Positions 26,244 through 38,200 of a DNA stretch of 64,000 nt are shown here, in pieces. The stretch is from Balanoglossus misakiensis (taxonomy: Eukaryota > Animalia > Hemichordata). The notes beneath the pieces are model-generated. The model was not told the origin of the DNA. It ran no database searches and saw nothing but the letters and a program-made list of their open reading frames with translations. Each line of letters begins with the position of its first letter. Position 1 is the stretch's first letter. The stretch spans positions 13,589,921 to 13,653,920 of the forward strand of contig CM082581.2 of assembly GCA_040954595.2 (NCBI GenBank). Reading direction: 5' to 3'. The translations under genes and the position numbers were made by a program.

Positions 26244-29200
26244 TCAGAAAGGATATTGCGGATGGTCAGCCGCACTGAAACAGAAAATGACATTTTTAGT
26301 GAGCTTCACCATCGTAATTATAAAATCCGTACATTCACCTTCATTATAATAAAATCACTTCATGTAATATATGGGTGAGTAAGATTTAGTCATAAATGTC
26401 ACTGTGAAATGATGGAATCGTTTGATGTTCAAAATGTCTGGCAAACTACGACTAAAAAGTAATCCGAAATTTCAACAGTTTTGCAACTGTGTCAGTATTT
26501 TTTATGCGAGTCACGTGACGTGACTTGAGACGCGTCAGAGCAACGTTTACCGGCTGCTGATTGGTTGGAGCCACCTGGACCACCTCCACTTGGAAATTTC
26601 CGTCTAGCCTTCCGTGAATTTTCATTAGTGACGGCCACGCTGCTGCACGTAGGACGCGTTTAGATGAGGGTGAGGAAAACTCTGCCCAAAACAGAGTTTT
26701 TCCGCTCGATAGTTTTCATGAAGACCGCGGTAAGTAAAGTAACAGAAGTAGACATATTTACTCAATTTTTGGCCAGAAACATGGGTTATTCTGTGGCGAG
26801 TTACGGACAACTAAATAGCCAGACGTTTACACCACAGAATTGAAAAATTGGATGCGTCACAGTCAGACAGCTCGAATCAAAGCTTCCCTGCGTTTTAATT
26901 CAAAAATTCCACCCTTTCGCGTTACTCAACTTGAGATGTACGGTTTATTAAATTAAGACAAGTCGGTTTTATAGCTCCATTGGTTGGCGGCAGTTTTTTT
27001 AAACAACAACAAAAAACGAGGCAGTTTTTCGGGAAAGGGGGGGGGGTACGATGAATTTGTAGAGGGTTCGATGAATTGACAAGCGGGTTCACGTGTAGTC
27101 AGCGTGTTTTCGAGTGTGAGCGAATGCAAATTTTGTACTACCAGACAATGACAAAAATAAGCTTTGAAACGCTTCATTGGGAACAGTTTTTTGTGTGTGT
27201 CCGCGAAGTTTTTGCCAAAAAATATTTTTGTCGAAGTTAAATAATGTTCTGCTTGGCTGTGGTTCTAAACTTGAAAATATATTCATGTGGATAGTGCCAG
27301 GCTGAGGTTTTAGGCTACTTGTCTGTCAGCGAAGCCCTAAAATATATTTTGTCGTCGTTTGTGATGTACCACGGTTGATATTGGGTTTCGTGTTCATGGA
27401 TAAGCATTCAATTTGTTTCCTCATTTTGCAGATCGAAGGCCCAGATGAACTGATGATGTACGTTCCGCGTGGATGCTATGATGTTACAAGCATGATGTCA
27501 AAGTAAGCGGTATCAGCCAAGTTTTTTGGCAATTATTAAGAACTTTCAACGATTCTGACTGGTGCCGGTAGCCAGTTCAGCGAACCGATTTTGCACAAAT
27601 CTGAAGAATGCAACAATGCTGATGCTATATGTGGATGTCATTGAAGTTTTTAAAACCAACATGACTACATGCTCGGTGCATGGGTCATTTTTGTCGCGGC
27701 ACCAACAAGTTTATCTGCTTTGAATGCTTCGAAAGGTGCTCGTTGTTGTGAGTGTATGTGCGTGTGTGCATGTGTGTCGAGGTAAGTTGTACGGTATATT
27801 TGGGCCATGCAACTGTAGTCTACAATGAGGTTAGCGTTTGTATGTTCCATGGCTGAATGAAGACCAGTGGATTATCTGAGGCTTAAAACAAGTAAGTTAT
27901 ATAGACATAAATAAAATCCCCGGTGCGGGTGGGTCCCATCCCTCAGACCGTCAGTTAATACTTAATACAAGTTTTTTTTTAGATATGTTATCTTTCGTCA
28001 TTATTCAATAAAAATAAAATAAAAACATACACGCACTCAAAATACTTGGAGTGGTTTATTTCCGTACCGATCATCTTCCCGCTCACGTATATAGTTAATA
28101 CAGGTTTTTTAGATATGTTATCTTTCGTCATTATTCAATAAAAATAAAATAAAAACATACACGCACTCAAAATACTTGGAGTGGTTTATTTCCGTACCGA
28201 TCATCTTCCCGCTCACGTATATAGTTAATACAGGTTTTTTTAGATATGTTATCTTTCGTCATTATTCAATAAAAATAAAATAAAAACATACACGCACTCA
28301 AAATACTTGGAGTGGTTTATTTCCGTACCGATCATCTTCCCGCTCACGTATATAGTTAATACAGGTTTTTTAGATATGTTATCTTTCGTCATTATTCAAT
28401 AAAAATAAAATAAAAACATACACGCACTCAAAATACTTGGAGTGGTTTATTTCCGTACCGATCATCTTCCCCCTCACGTATATAGTTAATACAAGTTTTT
28501 TTTAAGATTTGTGATCTTACGTCATTATTCAATAAAAAAAAATACTGTGCATGTCTGTTAGTCTGTTTTTATGGTGAAATGAGTTGTTTCTTTCCAGGTT
28601 TGTTTTGAGATTTGTAATCTTTTCCAATTTACCACAACTTCAATCAATAAAACTTTATCGAAACATACTGGTATAACCCGAGTGGTTTATTTTGCACCCA
28701 TCATCTTCGCGAATTTTATTTTTCAGATTTGTGGTCTTTTGACGTTTTCCTATTATAGATATTCACTTCTTTTGTTTGTTTTTTGCAGATGCAGAGACGA
28801 GATCAACTGATGAAGGGTATTCATCAACCATGGTTGGGGCTTAAGTGACTAGTTATTTTCGCCATGCAGTGGTATAGCTGTGTGAGGTAAAGGGCAGGTA
28901 TGTTCCATGGCTGAACGATCATGAATATTAGTCATTCACTTTCATTTGCTTGTTTTGCAGATCCAGAGACGAGATCAACTGATGGTGGTATTCATCAACC
29001 ATGCCTGGGGCTTAAGTGACTAGTTATATTCGCCATGCAGCGGTATAGCTGGTTGAGTTAAAGGCAGGTATGTCCCATGGCTGAACGATCATGAATATTA
29101 GTCATTCACTTTCATTTGCTTGTTTTACAGATCCAGAGACCAGATGAGCTGATAATGGTATTCATCAACCAAACTGTGGCCTAAGTGACAAGTTATTTTT

Positions 29201-32200
29201 TTGATTCGGACTGGTGCCAATAACCGGTCAAGCGAACCGATCTTGCACGAACCTTGCAGTATTAATGGACCCGGTACTGTATGTGGATGTCAATTCAATG
29301 TTTAAAAACCGCCGCGACTGCCATGTGCAAGCGGGGGTGGCCATTTTGTTATGGTTCAAGCATGTTCACCATCTTTGTAGGAGACATTTCATTTACACAC
29401 TTTTTTTATTTATTTCAGGGATCCCATGGATGCCATGATAATTGCAAGACAGTGTGATAGATGTCCCGTCCGGAGATTACTGCACGGCATGGGGAGGTAA
29501 GAATTGTGGGAAAGGAAATTGAAGCATTGACGGAGACAATACATAAGACATGTGGGGGTGAGGTGTGTTTGTCCACAATATTCAGGCGCTGTCGGTTTAA
29601 TTTATTACAATTATGAGCTTATATGGATACAACCACGTTGCCAAATGGAGTGAAATTCCAGACAACTATACAGAATTCGCATGATGTACCATCTGCGAAT
29701 GAACAGCAATTGGCGTACTAGGGGGTGTTCATGCTTTTTTCATGTTCATGAATAATTATAGACATTCATTTCTACATTGCTTGTTTTGCAGATGCAAAGA
29801 GCAGATGGTATCCAGCAACCAATATATTATTTAGAAATTTTACCGAAATGAAAATTGTATTTCCACGAATGTTTACCGAGCTGATGCAAAGCTATGATGT
29901 AAATGTTTCCGCTTTTGTTTATGGTTTTCAAAACTTGGAAATTAAAATATTCAATAAACTAGATTAAAATGAAATACTTGTGTCTGTGTCATTGTATTAA
30001 TACCCCAACACTGCACTGCCTTGATGTTGAAATAATTGAAACAGGTAAGGTCAAAGGTCGGCCCATAAAATTTGTAGCAAACGCGAACTCTCAGGCGTCA
30101 GGATTCCTCCCATTATAGATAGTGACATGTGCAAAGTCCAAATAAGGTGAGGAGTCGTCGCAATTTGAGGAAACTAATTATGTTCCCGTAATTTGTCATA
30201 GCAACTGAGACCTTGTTCTTTGCTTCCTACTAACGCTCAGAAATTTCAAAAGTAGGCGAAAGATCACCTGTAAACTTAAAAACAAATTCTGGAAGTTTGA
30301 CCTGTTTTCTAAATTTGCTAAATGTTCAACATGTCAAAAGTAGCAACAAATCTAAAGTCTGTACCCTTGCTGAACTTTTCGGTTTAATTTATTACAATTA
30401 TGAGCTTATATGGATACAACCACGTTGCCAAATGGAGTGAAATTCCAGACAACTATACAGAATTCGCATGATGTACCATCTGCGAATGAACAGCAATTGG
30501 CGTACTAGGGGGTGTTCATGCTTTTTTCATGTTCATGAATAATTATAGACATTCATTTCTACATTGCTTGTTTTGCAGATGCAAAGAGCAGATGGTATCC
30601 AGCAACCAATATATTATTTAGAAATTTTACCCAAATGAAAATTGTATTTCCACGAATGTTTACCAAGCTGGTGCAAAGCTATGATGTAAAATGTTTCCTC
30701 TTTTGTTTATGGTTTTCAAAACTTGGAAATTAAAATATTCAATGAACTAGATTAAAATGAAATACTTGTGTCTGTGTCATTGTATTAATACCCCAACACA
30801 ACCCCAACACAATTTAGTTGATACTTGTAAGATATAAATCGCCAAAACTAAACATGCAAAGTGATTACTAAATTTGCATTCGGTTTCCGTGTCCTCCAAA
30901 GTTTAGATATAGCAATACCAGAGTATGAACGCCACTTCAAAAATAAAATTGTTCTTGACTTGATAGTTAATCAGGTTCCCCTCTTACCCCGCAATGCATC
31001 CAAGTGTCTGAGCTCCTATTCCTAATTAGTGATGTCAATAGGGAGGGGAGGGGGGAAACGTTGGTTATCTTTAAACCTATCGTATATGACTGCTTAATAA
31101 AAAACAATTTTGACCAGAACGAGCCCCCATACATATCAATCAGTCCAATAAATTAACCATATGTGCAATCGATGAATGCAAACTTACATTTCCAACAGAA
31201 GGATACGGTAGTCACGATTCAACCCTAAAATAGTGCCCATATCTTCATCACTCAACTTAAAATCGAAGATCTGCAGGAAAAAAACAGACTTAGTACTTAA
31301 TTACATAAAGAATTATATACAAATAATTGTCAAAAAGTGACCACTTCCCGACTTTGCGAGGTGACACCATTAAGAAAACCGTACCGCATAAGTAAAATAC
31401 GTCGCCGAATAATTTTCTTGAAAAGTTCAACATCTACTAATTTAGGGTTAGGGTTAGGGTTGATTTTAATCAGATTGCCTTATTCTCTACTTTACCTCAA
31501 AGTTTGCTTTAATCCTTTCAGGAGTGACACTCTTTGGTATCACAACCACTTTCCGCTGAACGTGGAATCGCAGCAATATATGTGCTACCGATTTCTTGTG
31601 CCTTTCCGCTAACGCCTTCAGCGTTGGCTCCTCTAACAAGTTAGGATCATCTGGTTTTGGTTTAAAAGGCCTGAAAGGTCACATACCGATTGTGGTAGAC
31701 TAGCGGGTAGGCAAGGGTAGGAGGTATTGAGAGAGGGCCATTCAGTTGAGTTGTTTTTCTAATCTCCCGGCTATTTAATTTCCAAGAGGATCACAATGAT
31801 AACCAAAACCTTTACTTACGGCTCTCGGTCAGGTGACCCAAATGGGCTATACGCCGTCATCACAATATTTTTAGATTTGCAGTATTCCAGTAATTTATCT
31901 TGGGTTAGACATGGGTGACATTCAACCTGAAACAGGAATACTATAGCTCAGGAAAATCATCAAAAATCGCCGATTTTTCGACTTTTCCAAATCTCGAAAT
32001 TCGTCGATTTTTGAAGAAATCATGGGTTATAGCTCAGGAAAATCGTCAAAAATCGCCGATTTTTCGACTTTTCCGAACTTTCGAAATTCGTCGACTTTTG
32101 AAGAAATCATGGGTTATAGCTCAGGAAAATCGTCAAAAATCGCCGATTTTTCGACTTTTCCGAACTTTCGAAATTCGTCGATTTTTGAAGAAATCATGGG

Positions 32201-35200
32201 TTATAGCTCAGGAAAATCGTCAAAAATCGCCGATTTTTCGACTTTTCCGAACTTTCGAAATTCGTCGATTTTTGAAGAAATCATGGGTTATAGCTCAGGA
32301 AAATCGTCAAAAATCGCCGATTTTTCGACTTTTCCGAACTTTCGAAATTCGTCGATTTTTGAAGAAATCATGGGTTATAGCTCAGGAAAATCGTCAAAAA
32401 TCGCCGATTTTTCGACTTTTCCGAACTTTCGAAATTCGTCGATTTTTGAAGAAATCAAGGGTTATAGCTCAGGAAAATCATCAAAAATCGCCGATTTTTC
32501 GACTTTTCCAAATCTCGAAATTTCGCCGATTTTTGAAGAAATCATGGGTTATAGCTCAGGAAAATCATCAAAAATCGACGATTTTTCGACTTTTCCAAAT
32601 CTCGAAATTTCGCCGATTTTTGAAAAAATCATGGGTTATAGCTCAGGAAAATCGTCAAAAATCGCCGATTTTTTGACTTTTCCGAACTTTCGAAATTCGT
32701 CGATTTTTGAAGAAATCATGGGTTATAGCTCAGGAAAATCGTCAAAAATCGCCGAATTTTCGACTTTTCCGAACTTTCGAAATTTCGCCGATTTTTGAAA
32801 AAATCATGGGTTATAGCTCAGGAAAATCGTCAAAAATCGCCGATTTTTTGACTTTTCCGAACTTTCGAAATTCGTCGATTTTTGAAGAAATCATGGGTTA
32901 TAGCTCAGGAAAATCGTCAAAAATCGCCGAATTTTCGACTTTTCCGAACTTTCGAAATTCGTCGATTTTTGAAGAAATCATGGGTTATAGCTCAGGAAAA
33001 TCGTCAAAAATCGCCGAATTTTCGACTTTTCCGAACTTTCGAAATTCATCGATTTTTGAAGAAATCATGGGTTATAGCTCAGGAAAATCGTCAAAAATCG
33101 CCGACTTTTCGACTTTTCCGAACTTTCGAAATTCGTCGATTTTTGAAGAAATCATGGGTTATAGCTCAGGAAAATCGTCAAAAATCGCCGAATTTTCGAC
33201 TTTTCCGAACTTTCGAAATTCGTCGATTTTTGAAGAAATCATGGGTTATAGCTCAGGAAAATCGTCAAAAATCGCCGATTTTTCGACTTTTCCGAACTTT
33301 CGAAATTCGTCGATTTTTGAAGAAATCATGGGTTATAGCTCAGGAAAATCGTCAAAAATCGCCGATTTTTCGACTTTTCCGAACTTTCGAAATTCGTCGA
33401 TTTTTGAAGAAATCATGGGTTATAGCTCAGGAAAATCGTCAAAAATCGCCGATTTTTCGACTTTTCCGAACTTTCGAAATTCGTCGATTTTTGAAGAAAT
33501 CATTGGTTATAGCTCAGGAAAATCGTCAAAAATCGCCGATTTTTCGACTTTTCCGAACTTTCGAAATTCGTCGATTTTTGAAGAAATCATGGGTTATAGC
33601 TCAGGAAAATCGTCAAAAATCGCCGAATTTTCGACTTTTCCGAACTTTCGAAATTCGTCGATTTTTGAAGAAATCATGGGTTATAGCTCAGGAAAATCGT
33701 CAAAAATCGCCGAATTTTCGACTTTTCCGAACTTTCGAAATTCGTCGATTTTTGAAGAAATCATGGGTTATAGCTCAGGAAAATCGTCAAAAATCGCCGA
33801 TTTTTCGACTTTTCCGAACTTTCGAAATTCGTCGATTTTTGAAGAAATCATGGGTTATAGCTCAGGAAAATCGTCAAAAATCGCCGATTTTTCGACTTTT
33901 CCGAACTTTCGAAATTCGTCGATTTTTGAAGAAATCATGGGTTATAGCTCAGGAAAATCGTCAAAAATCGCCGAATTTTCGACTTTTCCGAACTTTCGAA
34001 ATTCGTCGATTTTTGAAGAAATCATGGGTTATAGCTCAGGAAAATCGTCAAAAATCGCCGATTTTTCGACTTTTCCGAACTTTCGAAATTCGTCGATTTT
34101 TGAAGAAATCATGGGTTATAGCTCAGGAAAATCGTCAAAAATCGCCGATTTTTCGACTTTTCCGAACTTTCGAAATTCGTCGATTTTTGAAGAAATCATG
34201 GGTTATAGCTCAGGAAAATCGTCAAAAATCGCCGATTTTTCGACTTTTCCGAACTTTCGAAATTCGTCGATTTTTGAAGAAATCATGGGTTATAGCTCAG
34301 GAAAATCGTCAAAAATCGCCGAATTTTCGACTTTTCCGAACTTTCGAAATTCGTCGATTTTTGAAGAAATCATGGGTTATAGCTCAGGAAAATCGTCAAA
34401 AATCGCCGAATTTTCGACTTTTCCGAACTTTCGAAATTCGTCGATTTTTGAAGAAATCATGGGTTATAGCTCAGGAAAATCGTCAAAAATCGCCGAATTT
34501 TCGACTTTTCCGAACTTTCGAAATTCGTCGATTTTTGAAGAAATCATGGGTTATAGCTCAGGAAAATCGTCAAAAATCGCCGAATTTTCGACTTTTCCGA
34601 ACTTTCGAAATTCGTCGATTTTTGAAGAAATCATGGGTTATAGCTCAGGAAAATCGTCAAAAATCGCCGAATTTTCGACTTTTCCGAACTTTCGAAATTC
34701 GTCGATTTTTGAAGAAATCATGGGTTATAGCTCAGGAAAATCGTCAAAAATCGCCGATTTTTCGACTTTTCCGAACTTTCGAAATTCGTCGATTTTTGAA
34801 GAAATCATGGGTTATAGCTCAGGAAAATCGTCAAAAATCGCCGATTTTTCGACTTTTCCGAACTTTCGAAATTCGTCGATTTTTGAAGAAATCATGGGTT
34901 ATAGCTCAGGAAAATCGTCAAAAATCGCCGATTTTTCGACTTTTCCGAACTTTCGAAATTCGTCGATTTTTGAAGAAATCATGGGTTATAGCTCAGGAAA
35001 ATCGTCAAAAATCGCCGAATTTTCGACTTTTCCGAACTTTCGAAATTCGTCGATTTTTGAAGAAATCATGGGTTATAGCTCAGGAAAATCGTCAAAAATC
35101 GCCGAATTTTCGACTTTTCCGAACTTTCGAAATTCGTCGATTTTTGAAGAAATCATGGGTTATAGCTCAGGAAAATCGTCAAAAATCGCCGAATTTTCGA

Positions 35201-38200
35201 CTTTTCCGAACTTTCGAAATTCGTCGATTTTTGAAGAAATCATGGGTTATAGCTCAGGAAAATCGTCAAAAATCGCCGAATTTTCGACTTTTCCGAACTT
35301 TCGAAATTCGTCGATTTTTGAAGAAATCATGGGTTATAGCTCAGGAAAATCGTCAAAAATCGCCGAATTTTCGACTTTTCCGAACTTTCGAAATTCGTCG
35401 ATTTTTGAAGAAATCATGGGTTATAGCTCAGGAAAATCGTCAAAAATCGCCGAATTTTCGACTTTTCCGAACTTTCGAAATTCGTCGATTTTTGAAGAAA
35501 TCATGGGTTATAGCTCAGGAAAATCGTCAAAAATCGCCGAATTTTCGACTTTTCCGAACTTTCGAAATTCGTCGATTTTTGAAGAAATCATGGGTTATAG
35601 CTCAGGAAAATCGTCAAAAATCGCCGAATTTTCGACTTTTCCGAACTTTCGAAATTCGTCGATTTTTGAAGAAATCATGGGTTATAGCTCAGGAAAATCG
35701 TCAAAAATCGCCGAATTTTCGACTTTTCCGAACTTTCGAAATTCGTCGATTTTTGAAGAAATCATGGGTTATAGCTCAGGAAAATCGTCAAAAATCGCCG
35801 ATTTTTCGACTTTTCCGAACTTTCGAAATTCGTCGATTTTTGAAGAAATCATGGGTTATAGCTCAGGAAAATCGTCAAAAATCGCCGAATTTTCGACTTT
35901 TCCGAACTTTCGAAATTCGTCGATTTTTGAAGAAATCATGGGTTATAGCTCAGGAAAATCGTCAAAAATCGCCGAATTTTCGACTTTTCCGAACTTTCGA
36001 AATTCGTCGATTTTTGAAGAAATCATGGGTTATAGCTCAGGAAAATCGTCAAAAATCGCCGAATTTTCGACTTTTCCGAACTTTCGAAATTCGTCGATTT
36101 TTGAAGAAATCATGGGTTATAGCTCAGGAAAATCGTCAAAAATCGCCGATTTTTCGACTTTTCCGAACTTTCGAAATTCGTCGATTTTTGAAGAAATCAT
36201 GGGTTATAGCTCAGGAAAATCGTCAAAAATCGCCGATTTTTCGACTTTTCCGAACTTTCGAAATTCGTCGATTTTTGAAGAAATCATGGGTTATAGCTCA
36301 GGAAAATCGTCAAAAATCGCCGATTTTTCGACTTTTCCTAACTTTCGAAATTCGTCGATTTTTGAAGAAATCATGGGTTATAGCTCAGGAAAATCGTCAA
36401 AAATCGCCGATTTTTCGACTTTTCCGAACTTTCGAAATTCGTCGATTTTTGAAGAAATCATGGGTTATAGCTCAGGAAAATCGTCAAAAATCGCCGATTT
36501 TTCGACTTTTCCGAACTTTCGAAATTCGTCGATTTTTGAAGAAATCATGGGTTATAGCTCAGGAAAATCGTCAAAAATCGCCGATTTTTCGACTTTTCCG
36601 AACTTTCGAAATTCGTCGATTTTTGAAGAAATCATGGGTTATAGCTCAGGAAAATCGTCAAAAATCGCCGAATTTTCGACTTTTCCGAACTTTCGAAATT
36701 CGTCGATTTTTGAAGAAATCATGGGTTATAGCTCAGGAAAATCGTCAAAAATCGCCGATTTTTCGACTTTTCCGAACTTTCGAAATTCGTCGATTTTTGA
36801 AGAAATCATGGGTTATAGCTCAGGAAAATCGTCAAAAATCGCCGATTTTTCGACTTTTCCGAACTTTCGAAATTCGTCGATTTTTGAAGAAATCATGGGT
36901 TATAGCTCAGGAAAATCGTCAAAAATTGCCGAATTTTCGACTTTTCCGAACTTTCGAAATTCGTCGATTTTTGAAGAAATCATGGGTTATAGCTCAGGAA
37001 AATCGTCAAAAATCGCCGAATTTTCGACTTTTCCGAACTTTCGAAATTCGTCGATTTTTGAAGAAATCATGGGTTATAGCTCAGGAAAATCGTCAAAAAT
37101 CGCCGAATTTTCGACTTTTCCGAACTTTCGAAATTCGTCGATTTTTGAAGAAATCATGGGTTATAGCTCAGGAAAATCGTCAAAAATCGCCGAATTTTCG
37201 ACTTTTTCGAACTTTCGAAATTCGTCGATTTTTGAAGAAATCATGGGTTATAGCTCAGGAAAATCGTCAAAAATCGCCGAATTTTCGACTTTTCCGAACT
37301 TTCGAAATTCGTCGATTTTTGAAGAAATCATGGGTTATAGCTCAGGAAAATCGTCAAAAATCGCCGATTTTTCGACTTTTCCGAACTTTCGAAATTCGTC
37401 GATTTTTGAAGAAATCATGGGTTATAGCTCAGGAAAATCGTCAAAAATCGCCGAATTTTCGACTTTTCCGAACTTTCGAAATTCGTCGATTTTTGAAGAA
37501 ATCATGGGTTATAGCTCAGGAAAATCGTCAAAAATCGCCGATTTTTCGACTTTTCCGAACTTTCGAAATTCGTCGATTTTTGAAGAAATCATGGGTTATA
37601 GCTCAGGAAAATCGTCAAAAATCGCCGATTTTTCGACTTTTCCGAACTTTCGAAATTCGTCGATTTTTGAAGAAATCATGGGTTATAGCTCAGGAAAATC
37701 GTCAAAAATCGCCGAATTTTCGACTTTTCCGAACTTTCGAAATTCGTCGATTTTTGAAGAAATCATGGGTTATAGCTCAGGAAAATCGTCAAAAATCGCC
37801 GAATTTTCGACTTTTCCGAACTTTCGAAATTCGTCGATTTTTGAAGAAATCATGGGTTATAGCTCAGGAAAATCGTCAAAAATCGCCGAATTTTCGACTT
37901 TTCCGAACTTTCGAAATTCGTCGATTTTTGAAGAAATCATGGGTTATAGCTCAGGAAAATCGTCAAAAATCGCCGAATTTTCGACTTTTCCGAACTTTCG
38001 AAATTCGTCGATTTTTGAAGAAATCATGGGTTATAGCTCAGGAAAATCGTCAAAAATCGCCGAATTTTCGACTTTTCCGAACTTTCGAAATTCGTCGATT
38101 TTTGAAGAAATCATGGGTTATAGCTCAGGAAAATCGTCAAAAATCGCCGAATTTTCGACTTTTCCGAACTTTCGAAATTCGTCGATTTTTGAAGAAATCA

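Larger units (their letters stand above)
26600..29980 (+). ncRNA. Putative spliced non-coding transcript antisense to AKR intron 8
   Basis: Ordered + strand splice signals: donor 26730, candidate exons 27432-27502, 28789-28897, 28961-29067, 29131-?, 29419-29496, last acceptor before 29792, AATAAA 29953-29958 with a GT-rich tail. The repeated exon at 28789 has stops in all three frames. Prediction only. Confidence 0.35.

Noticed and set aside
31022-31076. Alternative AKR last exon ([18 protein letters not shown])
   Set aside because: The acceptor is weak; 26274-26244 gives the canonical HPQYPF ending with a strong acceptor and a poly(A) signal.
31442-31459. (TTAGGG)3 as evidence of a chromosome end or fusion
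   Set aside because: Only three units, inside a short intron between intact exons.
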